The notes beneath the pieces are model-generated. The model saw only the letters and a list, made by a program, of their open reading frames with translations, was not told the origin of the DNA and ran no database searches. A stretch of DNA of 64,000 nucleotides from NCBI GenBank assembly GCA_021613535.1, contig CP075492.1:4030001-4094000 (forward strand), read 5' to 3'. The stretch is from Adineta vaga. Lineage: Eukaryota; Animalia; Rotifera. This document shows positions 12,272 to 25,600 of the stretch, one piece after another (position 1 is the stretch's first letter; each line of letters opens with the position of its first letter). The position numbers were made by a program, and so were the translations under genes.

Positions 12272-13626
12272 TCAAATTTGATTCAACAATTTTTCAATTC
12301 GCTTCAGATCAACATTCAGATTTCCTTCATTATTAACAACAAATGGCAAGATCCAATACGATTGATTCAGTAATTGTGCTTGTGTATACAAAATATATCC
12401 AGCACATGCTTTCAGATCTTCTACACGAAACATCGAACACGTCATCGGAAGTGAACTGGAACTTGATCGATATGGCATGATCTCGATCACTGTTGTTCCT
12501 GATTGTGCAAAGTTCATGTTTGATAATGCACCACTATGAACACCAATGATCACTTTTGCATTGTAGAATAGTTCGATTCGAGATCGGAATATGACCCGTA
12601 TCCTTCGAATGATCATATTGAACATAGTTCAGTGAATGTTTCGAACAATATGAACGAAGAACTTCAACAAATGCTTGCTCGTTCAAGATGAGACGACCAT
12701 TGTTCATTGCATTTGATGATGTTCGTTGAATGTAGATGAAATTCTTTCTCTCCGGTGGAGTGGCTGACTTGAGCATGCCTGAGATTGACCAATACATGTG
12801 TCGAGCATCTTGCCACAGACGAGGATGAATGCCAGGTGTTCGACATGGATTGATGAGAAGACGAGCACCAACTTTCATGTTTGAAGAATAATGAACAATT
12901 CGATTTTCATTTTCCACTCCTAAATCAATCATATACCATCAATAACAGTAAAGACAAACAATGAACATACGAACCTAACATGGACCATATCTCTTGAACT
13001 GATCGATCAAATCGAACACCTTTCAGAATCACCACTTTGGCATCAGGATACTTCTGTAGATAGGCTTGTGAATGAGCTAGTTTTGGTCCAACACCATCGA
13101 GAAAATGTTGAAAACTCCATCCATCAGGAACAGTATAAATGATTGCTTGGTCGTAAACAACAGTTGCTTCATCCGTGCTATAAAATGTTCTTTTCATTGC
13201 AGTATCACCATAGTTATAACCACATTCATCATTGAGATAGAGACCGTTTGGAACAAGAAATGTATTGACAGAGAGATGTTCTTTGGTATTGTTGAAGAGA
13301 ACACCTTGTTTTTCACAAGTTCCATCAGAACAACTTTTTGAATGAATTTGATAATAGGATGAACCATAGAACCAAGTCTTTGCTTCATCATCAGAAAAGT
13401 GTGGTAATGTGATGTAGAATGGTTCGAGAGTTTGTGAAATGTGTTCGATATCTTTTGATGAAACTGGTTGTTGTGGAACATGATCATTATTTTCGTTTCT
13501 TGATATGGAAGGTATTGGATGCGGCGATGATGTTGATGGTAGGAATCGATGAAGTTCATAAATAACGGTGCAAACACAAACGAATATTATGAAGACTTTG
13601 AAAAGACGAAATGGACGAAAATACAT
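12272..13626 (-). pseudogene. GT61-like glycosyltransferase, tandem copy B with +1 frameshift (pseudogene or assembly error)
   Basis: Near-identical to copy A at an offset of 3429 bp, intron 12920-12974. At ~12585-12590 it reads gatcggaatatgac versus gatcgtatatgac in copy A, shifting the frame before the HSGALSN motif. Confidence 0.75.
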
Positions 13627-14524
13627 TGCAAATGTTCGTTTGTGAAAGATTGAACAGCTGATGATTAGATTACATCACTAGAAGATACAAAAATACATCA
13701 GCAAAGATATTAGAAAGTCGCATTTTGACATATTTTTATATGTATTACGTATTTTTTAAATATAATATAGTTCATTGTGGGTATTAGAATAATGTGCATC
13801 CGTACACTGAACTCAATTCAACAGAAGTTGTTTTCAACAAAAATGATACAAATCTGAATTTTGAGTTTACATATTTTTCTAGTGGATGGCGTGTTATATT
13901 TAGTGCAGTTAGTCATTTATTTTACGAGGTATTCGTATAAGAAGTACCTTTTCTTTAGAATATGTTGGAACAGTTAGTAAAAGAGAGAAGATCGCAGATT
14001 ATTCTAGTTTTACTAAAGATGCAGCTGGACTCAAAGGGAAACAAATAACGCTTATTCATTAGCAGTTTTCTCTGGCGAAATTGATAGAATTTTTGAAAAA
14101 ATCAACGAGTGATCTAGAATCACATTTATGTCAACAAAATGTAATGCTATTCTTGTTATTCCTTACTGTCTTCGAGATTAAATGTCATATTAATCGTAAA
14201 GGTTTATTTCAATCAATTTTGAATGAAGTATTCCGTATTTCCTTTGATAATATTTATGCTATCTAAACTATCGTTTAAATCATCAATAATAATTTTGTTC
14301 TGTATTATCAATCTGATGAAACTTTGTTTTTTTTCTATCTTTTTAGGCGTGACTTATCAGTCTTATCATTTAATTGATTTCTTCAACTTATGATACTGTT
14401 TAGTTTGCGTGCCATTAACAAAAGAAGTAATATAAAATTTGCTTGAGAGTTAATAATATTCAGAGAGAAAAAGAAAAATATGATTCTATTAGAATCATCT
14501 TAAACAATTTGAATAAAAACTTCA

Positions 14525-14950
14525 TCTTTTTATCTCGATTTCTCAAGAAATAAAACCTAGCATTTACCTAAGATTTTCATAGATATTGTTGTACGTGGTT
14601 GTTCGATTCATTTTGTTTGCTTTCTTCTTTAAAAAAGTAAAATTAGTGGTACTCACGGGGATGAATGTTGTAGTCGTCATCGCACTTATAGAAGAGGAGC
14701 GAGAAAAGAAAAAGAAGCGAAAGAGAAAAAGAAAAGAAGTAAGATGTTCTTTTAAAAATAAACTCTTACCAAGCTCATTCCTTCTTTTTCCTCTTCTTTT
14801 TCCTCTCTTTGATTCTACGTCGTGGCACAATTATAAGAGAATGAAAAGAGATTCAATGTGTGTAGTTATTCTTTGTCAGTTAACCTCATGGTCTAGGTAT
14901 TTTATTCACTGTATGACTAAGGACCATAGCGCTGTTGCTAGACTCATTTA
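14525..14950. repeat. Diverged non-coding repeat, copy 2 (paralogous to 11420-11890)
   Basis: Same ordered blocks as copy 1. It lies upstream of GT61 copy B as copy 1 lies upstream of copy A. Confidence 0.6.
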
Positions 14951-15990
14951 TTAATTCAAAGGTAAACAATTGTCAATGAATAGTTTCTTTTCAATTTTTA
15001 CTTCCAGTATAATTCATTCATTCTACGTCTATACATAGAATGTGTTGCTCGTAGAATGATTGAAAGAGAGATTTGAAAATAAGGATGAATGTTGAAAAAT
15101 TTATTCCAAAGAACTTACATTGATCGATTCATTTGCGATATTCATTCAAAACTACAGAATATTTCTGATACCTAAGAATACTTCATTCTATGAATGATTA
15201 TATATGTCATCGGATATTATAAACTAAACAGAACTTACTTGTTCATACATTCAACTATTGTAGAGAAACTTTTCTCAGTCACATTGAATCAAATGTGAAG
15301 TAATTCACTCGATACGCTTCGTCTGAAACAAGAAAAACAATGACCACTTGTCTACTCATTAATTTGTTCGTCCTATCAATAGCGTACATCAATTACTAAC
15401 CAGAATATTACATATTTCTTCAGTTTTCTTCTGTCATATCAATTTACAAATATTTTTCATCAGATGACATGTATTGATGACAGAACGAAAAATCGTAATT
15501 ATTTTTTAAATAGAGAAGAAAGACATAAAATATAAACCACGTTTGAAGATTTTATAATATTTAATGATACTACAATTGCTTCAAGCCTTAAAACAAATTA
15601 TATATTTTAATTGAAATCATTTAGATTTATATAAATGATATCTATATTCTCAAATATTTCTTCATAATATATTGCATGTTCCCCTACGATTACTTCTATC
15701 AATTAATACGTATCAAGTTCATCATCTCCCATATATCGTTGATGTCGAATAATGTATGAAATGCAGTGAATTCAAATGATACCAATGATTTATTTTGAAA
15801 AACTTAAAAACAGAAGTAATAGAAATATGAACTTTACCTTCTGATTGAATGTCAGCATGAAAAATAAACTAGTATACAAGAGATAAAGTTCAATCATTTC
15901 ATTGTCTATAGAGTAAATAGTAAAAAAATCTTATTTATTATAGAAGAAAATTTCTTTTTTTTTATTGAAAACAGCATGTAAATATCGAAA

Positions 15991-17184
15991 TCATTTGTAT
16001 CGAAGAAGTTTAAGATGAACATTATTTATCGTAAATGTTTCTGATCTTGGATCAGTAATTGTTTGATCTTCTGTTGTATCGATTGGTATAGGCTTGGGAT
16101 ATTTTTGTTTTATTTTCAAGATTTTTGAAAGTGTTGGTGTTAATACAAGTAATTTGGAAACTTCTTTTAAATAATAATGTATTTGTTTGGGAGTATTATT
16201 TGTCAAAGAGATATTTTGTAAAAAACAAATAACTCGATACCAATAGAGTCTTCTACCATGTGATTCAACTAAATGATCAAGTTCTTCAAGAACTTCAGTA
16301 CGATCGAATAAATCATTGTTAGGTAGACGTTCTAAAACTAATTGACGAACTTTTGCGCGAAGACGTGCTGAATGAATTCGAAGACGAGGATCAACACCTG
16401 TACATTCACCATGAATTGGAATAGTACGACAAGAGTTTGCATTTGATTCAGATTTTACTGTATTATCACTAAAAGCAAACGATAATAAGTATAGAAAACT
16501 TCCTTCTAATATAAAATTTAAAAAAGAATAATTTTTTTGAAGCCTTTCTCTCATATTTTCTATTCTGAATTTGATTTAAATATCAAGAAGATTTTTAAGA
16601 TCGATTAAAAAATTACTTAGATTTCTTTTTTGTTTCTCGATAATCCACATCTTGTTGATGATGAGTATTGGTTGACGATGGAGGAACATAAGTAGCTGGT
16701 TGAGAAGCACAAATAACAGAAGTTGATTCATTGACATCTTTTAATTGATCACTAACTTCATCCATTGTTGCTGGATCTAACTGAGATGGACTATAAGCTT
16801 CATCCTAAACGATTATTCACATATAAAGAAAGTCAAACAAAAAAAACAAATATTTACTGCATCATTATCTTCTTCTTCTTCATCTTCATCGTCATCTTTA
16901 AGTAATTCTAGAATAGTTTTTGTAGGTTGTCCAGTTGATATTAATGTTGATTCTCTGAGTGATGCTTGTGGTTGACGAATAATTCTTTGTTGTGTTTCCA
17001 GAGAATTATCATCTGATGGACTGTATGGTTCACCATCCGATTGATCTGATTCATCTGCAAGACCTAATCGTTGTGAAAGTGATGGACGTGATCGTTTTGT
17101 TGGAGATGAATATTCTCCATTTGATAAAATTGTATGTTTTTTCGTATTATTCCAATTTGATTCTGTTGGTGAATAAACGCTCAT
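15991..17184 (-). CDS. Uncharacterized protein with acidic, YSP-rich N-terminus (3 exons)
   Basis: Exons 17184-16858, 16804-16617 and 16468-15991 join in frame through GT-AG introns. Repeated YSP motifs and an acidic tract. No family recognised. Confidence 0.7.
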
Positions 17185-17475
17185 ATTTACTTCGTTTCTT
17201 TAATATTATCAAAATTATATTCGTTTATCCTTTCTCATAATCATATCTTACTTTCTTTTGACAATCAATCTTTTCCAATTAGAATAAACGATTAGAGCGA
17301 CATCAATCTATCTATGCATATATTCTTCTTGCCCTCTATAGACATTTTTTTTTTCATAAAGATGGTCGATTCATACTGACTCTTTGTCTCAGCGGCAATT
17401 CATTTTTGTCTTGTTCTTCATCTTCATTTTTGCATTGCAGAATCTAGTCTAGTCAATAAATTAATAATTTAAACC

Positions 17476-19013
17476 ATGTCAAATACTACAAAAGATAAAG
17501 AAAATAATTGGACATCAGATGCATTATTAGAGTTAACTGATCTTGCTAATGAACAATTACGTACATTAGAAAGACTTGATTTTTCTCACATTCAAAAGAA
17601 TTCACAACAAGAACTTGAATCATGGCATACAGCTGCTCTTACACGACTGAGTCAGATCTATTCTCAACGCTTAGCTGATCTTGCTCAAGTTTATAGTCAA
17701 GATGTTTGTCCCGATGCAGAAAAATTTAAACAAAAAATGACAGATCAATTAAAAAATCGTATTATGCCACGTATTTCAAAGATTCTCGATGATCCAACAC
17801 CTGAACCTGATAAAGTAGAAAAAATACAGGTTTGTATTGATCTTAAAATCACACGAAAATATAATTCTTTTTGTCATTATTTAGACTGTACTATCTCATA
17901 TTAAGTCTGAATATGAAATGATGCGTGATCGTCAATGGATTCGTGTTCAATTACCTGATATAAAAAGTTTATCAATTCCAATAAAAATTTCTAAAACACC
18001 TTTAGCAACAAATTTAGCCATACATAGTAAAGATCTCTTAGAGGATTTAAGCGATGATGACAAAGACACAAAGCAAGAAGATGAAACACCAACAAAGAAA
18101 AAACGAAAAACTGTTTCAATGGATCCTGTTGATATATTTGTCATCAATCCTGAACCATTGAAAAATTATTCACTAAATACAAATTCATCTACATTAGCAT
18201 TATCAAATACTCATATTCTTATTCATGATAATCATAAATTGATCCTATTCGACTATCAGAAAAAGTTAAATGAACTTCCATGGAATGACAATGATTATGG
18301 TTTGTCAACTCTTTTATTTATTTCAATGTCACTTTTTTTTTCTTTTTCAAGGTATTCTTGTAGATATGTGTTGGATGTCATCATTATCCGTGTTTCTAAT
18401 TCTAACAATTCATTCTCTCTATGTATATGATCCATTGAAACCAACACCAAATCTTCCAGTTAAAATTGACACTGTTCAAGCATCAGATCGAACCCATGTT
18501 TTAGCATCAGTATCAACATTTGAACGAGATGTTTATATTAATTATCATAAAGGTGTGCATGTTGATCAGTATCGTGTTTCACCAACATCACAATGGACAT
18601 TAGAAAAACGTTATTCAAAATCTGATTATTGTGAAACAAAAGATCTTGGTATTCGTGATGTTCGTTGTGATTCTCAACATATTTGTTTATCTGTGATGCA
18701 ACAAAGTGATTTAAAATGGAGATTAGATGTTATGTCACGTGATATGAAACGAGTTAGACGTGGAAGTATTATGGATAGTGGAGAAAATCAACATAAATTC
18801 TTTGCAATGCTTATATCACTTCATGATCAACGATGGTTATTTGTTAATTGGTATACAAATAAACTTTGGTTAGTTGATCAAGAAGGCAAAACAAGATTGA
18901 TGAAAGAATCTAAAATAAAAAATATTCGAAATACTTGTATGTCACCGAATGGTTGTTATTTAGCTGTGAGAACGGAAAAACCATCAGCTCTTAAACTTTA
19001 TAAACTTGATTAA
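17476..19013 (+). CDS. Uncharacterized protein, N-terminal helical/coiled region plus C-terminal beta-propeller-like region (3 exons)
   Basis: Exons 17476-17829, 17885-18299 and 18352-19013 with GT-AG introns. The C-terminal beta-strand repeats (DMCWMSSLSVFLIL, WLFVNWYTNKLWLVDQEG, YLAVRTEK) suggest a propeller. Divergent from the previous gene. Confidence 0.75.
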
Positions 19014-20245
19014 AAGGTCCGTTTTCTTTTCTTGTAACCATTTGCTAATTGTACTTATAATTATAATTGTAATAAATATAACATCTCAATCCATTTTGAA
19101 AATAGAAACAGAGTACGAAAAAATATAATCATTTTGAAATAGAGTTCTATGGTGATGAAATAACAGGCGATCTGTTTACATCCAGTATGTTCAATATGAG
19201 CAATAGATATATCGATTTATTCTTTGGCATCTTTACTTTCCGTTGATTTATTAATATCCGATAACTAAATATAAAATCTATTACATGTATTACTTGATAG
19301 TTCAGATTATTTCCAGTTATTTTAATTTATTATATATTAAAAGTATATTTAAAAAAACAATATTTTTAAGTATCTGTTCATGCTCTTATCTACCAGTTTT
19401 AATTTTTTGATAAGAACTGGTAATAAAATATTTTATAGTTTGAAATCATTGTTTAGGTCATTTTAAATATATGATCTTCATAGAGAACACAATGAAACTA
19501 TTCTTATAGCATTCAAAGACTAAAGAATATCCGATGAAAAGATAACCACATATATATTATAGGTCGAAAAATAGAAAAGAAATTGAAAAACACATTGCGC
19601 CATCCCTCGATATATGTATAATTATGTTTAATATAGTGCTTTTCAAAACAAGTGTTTAGTACTTTTTGAGTTTTTATATTGATATCACCACTGATACTTA
19701 AGTACTATACTTAACGATAATTTATTTAAAGTGTTCAGCTACAGTTTGTAGCGAAATGTAGCTGAAATAGATATATTTTCGACACTGATAGATTCAGTTG
19801 TCTAAATTATATTAAGAGTTACCTATTTAAAACTTTGTAGAATCATCAAAATAATGTCATTTTTCTATGACACGAAAAAGACAATATGTTTTTTGATGAA
19901 TTCAAGTCAATTTCATATTTTGCTTTCGAATACACGACAAAATAGTAATAGGTAAACCTGGAATGAAATATGATTGATTCAGAACAACAAGAATAAGCTA
20001 CACTAGTCCTCTTGCATAATCGCTTTTGTATGTAATTTATCTCAAACTCTAGTTTGTGCTGCCATCTATATAAATGATCTTTTATTTATTAAGTTTTTAC
20101 TCCAATCTGCTATATTTTGTTGACAGTTCAATTCAATCGTTGTGCTTGTGATTGATCATTACACTGTACACTCACATATTCATCAGCATTTATATAATAT
20201 ACTGTTTTCCCGAGAAATGAGTTTATTATCTATATCTATTTAAAT

Positions 20246-21425
20246 ATGGGTGAGTTCTGATAGAACGGTTTTTATTGACTTCTCCTTTTTCTATTTTTCA
20301 ATAGCTACAATCAATGATGAACCTGCTGATATCGTTTTTCAATATAAAAATATTGAAAAAACATTTACTATTGAAAAAACTCTTGGATTTAATGATCTTC
20401 TACAAACAATTAGAACTCATTTCGACATTTGTGCCGGTGAAAGTATTGGATTTGTTGTTGCAGATACTGATCGTTGTGTTGGTGTATCAAAAACAATGAA
20501 CTTATTTCAGTTTTCGAATCAAAATATTCCGAAATATGTTCTTATTGTTTCTGGTATGATATTAATAAATAAAGGATTTTTCTTTTGGATCAGACTCGTT
20601 TAAAACATGTCTTTTATACTTCACAATATTTTCAATACGACATTTTGCATCTCAATTCTACCGAATAAAAACATTCTCATCAGTATTTCATTAATAGCCT
20701 GAGTTATACTAAGCATGTAGAAGATAGATCTTTCTTTTGAAAGGAAAGTAAATATTTACTCAAACAAATGTCATAAAACTGATTGAATAGTAGCTTGAGA
20801 AATAAAAATGTATTTGTGTGCAAAAACAAATGTTGGAGAATTTTTCGAAGACTATATGTCTCTTTCTTTGTAGGTAATGACAAAACTAAAGACGGATGGT
20901 GCAAAAAGTTTATGAATCAGTATTTTATTCCATTTCTTAGTAAGTAATTCAAAAATATATTAATACAGATGAATCTTTCACTGTAAATATTTTTCGTACG
21001 CACTGTTATCGCAGATATTATCACGGAAATGTATTACCCTGTGGATGTATCGAAATTGTTCTGTTAAATATCCGTTCGCCATTGGTTTTATAGGTTGAAC
21101 TATATATCACCCATTCTTAAGGAGATATTCCCAGGTGCCCATTCGCTTTTGAGTCCGAACTTTGTGCATCTTGTAGATCTTTGGGAGTTATGTTCTTTAT
21201 TAAAAGATTTCGCGCGCTTTGCTTGTTTCTAGTGAGGTACGGACGTTTTATTGTATCTTTGCCCGCATTCACACTCGTAAGATGCCGATAATATCGTGAT
21301 CATGTCGAAGTTGCTATATAATAAGTTTTTAGAGAACAATTTTTATAATTTTACACAATTTTCCTATTATTAATCTCATTTTAGAAATAAACAATCTTTT
21401 GCGATGGAAACAAAAGGACAATTAA
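20246..21425 (+). CDS. Small (~119 aa) 4-exon protein with possible ubiquitin-like/PB1-like fold
   Basis: Exons 20246-20249 (ATGG), 20305-20553, 20874-20939 and 21385-21425 join in frame: MATINDEPADIVFQYKNIEKTFTIEKTLGFNDLLQTIRTHFDI...KFMNQYFIPFLKINNLLRWKQKDN*. Confidence 0.6.
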
Positions 21426-23146
21426 TTGATAAATTATCGCTTCCGATGAGCATCAGGTGATGCCTAACATGCAGATAATAATACTGATTTTGTATTTATA
21501 GGTGATTACTTGCTTCATCATCATCAGCATTATCAATTATGATCACTTTAATTTCGTTGTTGTTGCTGTCTTGCTTTGTAACATGCTTGTTTTCCTTGTT
21601 AATTACATTGCGATATTATTTGTTTTAATTTATTACTTATAAAAATGAAGTTCGCATCAAATAATAATATTTTTCAAAGCGCTTGGCTTTATCGGCAAAC
21701 CTTACGTATAAAATTTATACGATTTGTGTCGCAACGAATTTTTTATTCTCGAAACCATAAATCATTGGGACGTTACGATGGTGCTCTGATTATCGGCTCA
21801 TTTATACAATATGGTAGTGAATTGAAGCTCTTTCATTGAAAAAGCAACAACTATTCTTGTAAAAAAAACCATGATATAATACAGAAGTCAAGAGAAAACG
21901 ATCTTTGAGGCGCAGAACATCAATGAGAAAAATGACGTATGCTTCTGCTTCTGAAGTAAATTTGAAGAAAGAATACAGAGACTATGCAGAATAAATTAGA
22001 GATATACTATATGAAGTACACAATACATAACATTTAGTATCTATTAAAACACCAGATGAACTCAGGATATCTTTAGATCACAACACAAGGGTGTGGGTGA
22101 GGGTGTTGGAATGCAAAGTGCAAAGTATGAGTGCGGGCGAGGGTATTGGAAGGCGAGGAAAGTCTGGAGGTTCACTCGTTTAAAACTCGAAGCTCCGACT
22201 TCTAGATATATAAGTTTAATACTTGAATCGAGTTAACGATTTCTACACTACTCATGCTGATGATAACGAGTGGTATGTAAGTGGTGAAATCAATGTCAAC
22301 AAGCTGCTGAATGATCATTTCGTTTTTCGTAGTTTTTTTAATTGGTGTCATGCTCGTTATTTCTATTAATGGTCGTTTTTTGCTTCTTCCTTTCTTTTTG
22401 GTCACCATGTAGATGCTATTATCAGAAGATCCTATTTTTACTGTTATGATTATAAGCTTTATGTTCATCATGCACGTTATTGATAATAGATTTTTGTTGT
22501 TGTTGTTGTTCATATTCATACACGTGTTCAAGATAGATTTTCTTTTTTTCTTTGATACCTTTTTTTGTTCGACAAGCATAATAAAAGATCAAAGAGAAAT
22601 TTAACAACAGTTATTTCTTGTTAAGCACAGTAATGCTTTTATCTCAAACAGAAGCATTCAATCCACTCACTTTTCTGGTATAGGTATTTCTATTTGATGC
22701 AATCTATAGAATAGAAAAAAGAACACTGGATGAGTCATGATCTGATAGAAAAGATAAAATCGATCAGTCAATTAAAAAGTATTCATAATAAAATGCCACA
22801 TTTCTTTTTTTCTTTTCTTTGAAAAACTTGAGAACCTGTTTAATCTGAACATTCTTTGTCATATGAAGATCTATCTCCTTTGATTAATCACATTGAGAAG
22901 TATGAAAAAAGACGATTCATCGAAAGAGAATATTTTTTTTGAAAAAAAGGATCTTTCGTACTGAATAACCAGTTTTTCTTGTTTCGTTTCAAATAGAAAT
23001 AGTTGTCGTTTTTTGATTGTCATCACCAAGATAAAGAAAAAAAAATCATAATATAAAATCAAGGTCGTTGATAATGATTATGATGATGACGATGATGCCT
23101 GCATCCATTAAAAACATTTGATTTCACGGACGGAAAAATAAAAACG

Positions 23147-24315
23147 TTACAAATAATTTGGTGTACATATACAACAAACCATTTGACATTTTTGATAAAG
23201 CCGAGCACAAAAACTCGACCGTTCAATTGATGTTGTCGATGATGTTGTTGAAAGTTTTTGAGTTACTGGAACTACTCCCAGTCTTTGAACATTTAATCCG
23301 ACATCACTAGCAGGCAATTTTTCTCCTCCTGTCGTCGCCGTTGTCGTTCCTCCTGCTACATCATCTATTAATAAAAATGAAAGAAGAAATGATGTTACCA
23401 TGGAAACAAACAAACAAAAAAGATAGTTACCTAATGTTTGCCACCCTGGGATTTGATTAGAAAAGCGTTGATTAAGTAAATATACATTTTCTTCTAAAGT
23501 GGAAATATCTCTAGAAAACAACGCATAAGAAAAAAGATTTCATTTAAAATTATTCTAAAATAAAATATCTTTTTTACTTTTTTATTTCGATAACATCTTC
23601 ATTATTTTGTCCATTTTTAAAATTGGATGACGTTTGTTGAAGATCTATCGTTGAAAGTGATTTGACAATAATATTTTCAAGAGTTGATGAACCAATCGAA
23701 GCAGATAAAGTTAAAGAGGAAAATAGATATTGAGCTTTTACAAGTTGATTTCGAAAATATTCAACACAGTAAGCAAGATGCTGAGGATTATAGGTTAAAT
23801 TTGTTGGATTTCCTTTGAGTCCGTTCGATGATCTAAAATAATAGTTCTTACTAACACGTTAATAGAAAGAATTAAAAGAAAAGGATGCAATTACCTTCTT
23901 CCACTCTCCTGGGTTAATTTAGATATAAGATCAGTAATTTTAATAATCAATTGTAGTTTTATTTTACCAAATTCATCTCGTATAGAAGCAGCAGCAGTCA
24001 TCGTTTCTAATATACCGTTTAAACGAGAAAGACCTTCATGAATTTCTCCTACTGTCTGTATTCAATATAAAGGTAATACTAAAATAGTTTCGAATCTCAA
24101 CAATAATAATCAGGTTTTACCTTGCTTAAATCTTCTCTTGTAGCTTCTTGTACGTCATGAACAGACGTTTTACGAGATGGCTGATGATTCGACACTTTGA
24201 CTGTTGAATTACGGTTTTGTGAAGAAATTTCAATATTATTGTTTATTGTTTGAAGATGATATGTCTTTTGAATAATTTCCAAAGGTTTGTCTTGGTTTCC
24301 ACCGGTCGATGTCAT
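23147..24315 (-). CDS. Uncharacterized protein with Cys-rich C-terminus (5 exons)
   Basis: Five exons join in frame via GT-AG introns, from MTSTGGNQDKPLE to FCARLYQKCQMVCCICTPNYL*. Confidence 0.7.
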
Positions 24316-25194
24316 GACAAATGTTAGTCATTGAGAATAAAAAGATCTTAAAGAGAAATGAAGATATTCGATGTTCATCAAATCTAATCAACAATTGTAC
24401 TGTTTTCTATTCTCGTGAGGCCAATTAATGATGTGCATCACTTCGCTTGCATGGATAATAGTCGTTAATCATCAACTCATTTTTTCTCTTGCTGTTTTTT
24501 GCCCGTAGTCTTCTTTAGATAAGGATGATGAGAAAAAGAAAAAAAAAGAAAAAAAAAACTGTGGATCTCATTTTCTACTTCAGCCAATCCTTTTTAATGA
24601 ACTGGTGAAAATGACAAAAAGAAAAAGAAGAGTCTAAAGCAGGAGAGAAAAATGACTTTCTCAAGTTTTACAATGCTTTCTTTACTTCCGTTGTTGTCAT
24701 TATTTGACGATGTTACTTCATGACTAATGAGAATAGCAAGAAAGAGAGAGAGAGAGTGACAGAGAAATAAATAAAAACGGAAAGTCTTCTGTGAGTGACA
24801 GTTTTCTTTCTTTTCTCAAAAAAGACAAGAAAAGTACATTTTTTCATCAACTGACACTCATACTGTCTGACATGCTTAACAAACTGAAAATTAGAAAGAA
24901 AGATTGATATTGAAAGATTTGTAGATTGTTTCCTAGAAACAAATAACAAGATTAATTTCAAATTCTGATGTGTGAGTGAATCTTAATTGAAGAATAAGAA
25001 GAAAGGCAAGGATTTTATTTGAGCTTGTCAGATACTCGTCCGATTGGACTCAACACCTTTCCTTTCTCTTCTATTTTCCTGATGTTGTTAGGAAAAACAG
25101 GATGATGTTCTCGTTGTTAACAAGTCTACTCTCTTGTTGTCAATCGGAACAGACATTGAATTTTGACCGAGCAGAAAAAAAGATAAAATTCATT

Positions 25195-25600
25195 ATGTCA
25201 TTAGCAACAGGCAAGAAGAAATTGTTCTGATCATTGATTTGATTTAATTTATTTAAAGTGGAGTTGTCATACTCTCAAATGATATTTCCGTTTTGTTGAA
25301 TTATTGTATGTTATTTCTCTGTAAGATAGTTGTCATTATTGATAAACTTGAAAACGTAAGAGAAAATCCACCGTTCAGACCATGTTTTTCAATTATTGCG
25401 TCGAGATTTTTCGTCACCATAACGACTGTCTAAAGGAAAAAAAATAAGAAGATAAAAGTATTTGTAGTAGACATGTTTTACTTTGACTACTTTGTTGATG
25501 GACTTCATCTCGTAAATTCCTTGATGACTGAGCATTTTCATTATTGAACTCTTGTGAACGGATAGAAAATACAGATGAAAAGCCAGAAAAGAAGAAATGA
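25195..25600 (-). pseudogene. Degraded partial duplicate of the HAX1-like gene
   Basis: FFSGFSSVFSIRSQEFNNENAQSSRNLRDEV matches the gene at 29199-29872 with the same intron position, followed by a frameshift, stops and an internal deletion. Confidence 0.8.

Noticed and set aside
9235-13577. Alternative-frame and antisense ORFs repeated in both GT61 copies
   Set aside because: They are shadows of the duplicated real CDS.
14564-14954. ORFs of 88 and 122 aa rich in K/R/F
   Set aside because: Low-complexity purine/pyrimidine tracts within a diverged non-coding repeat; the frame is not preserved in the paralogous copy.
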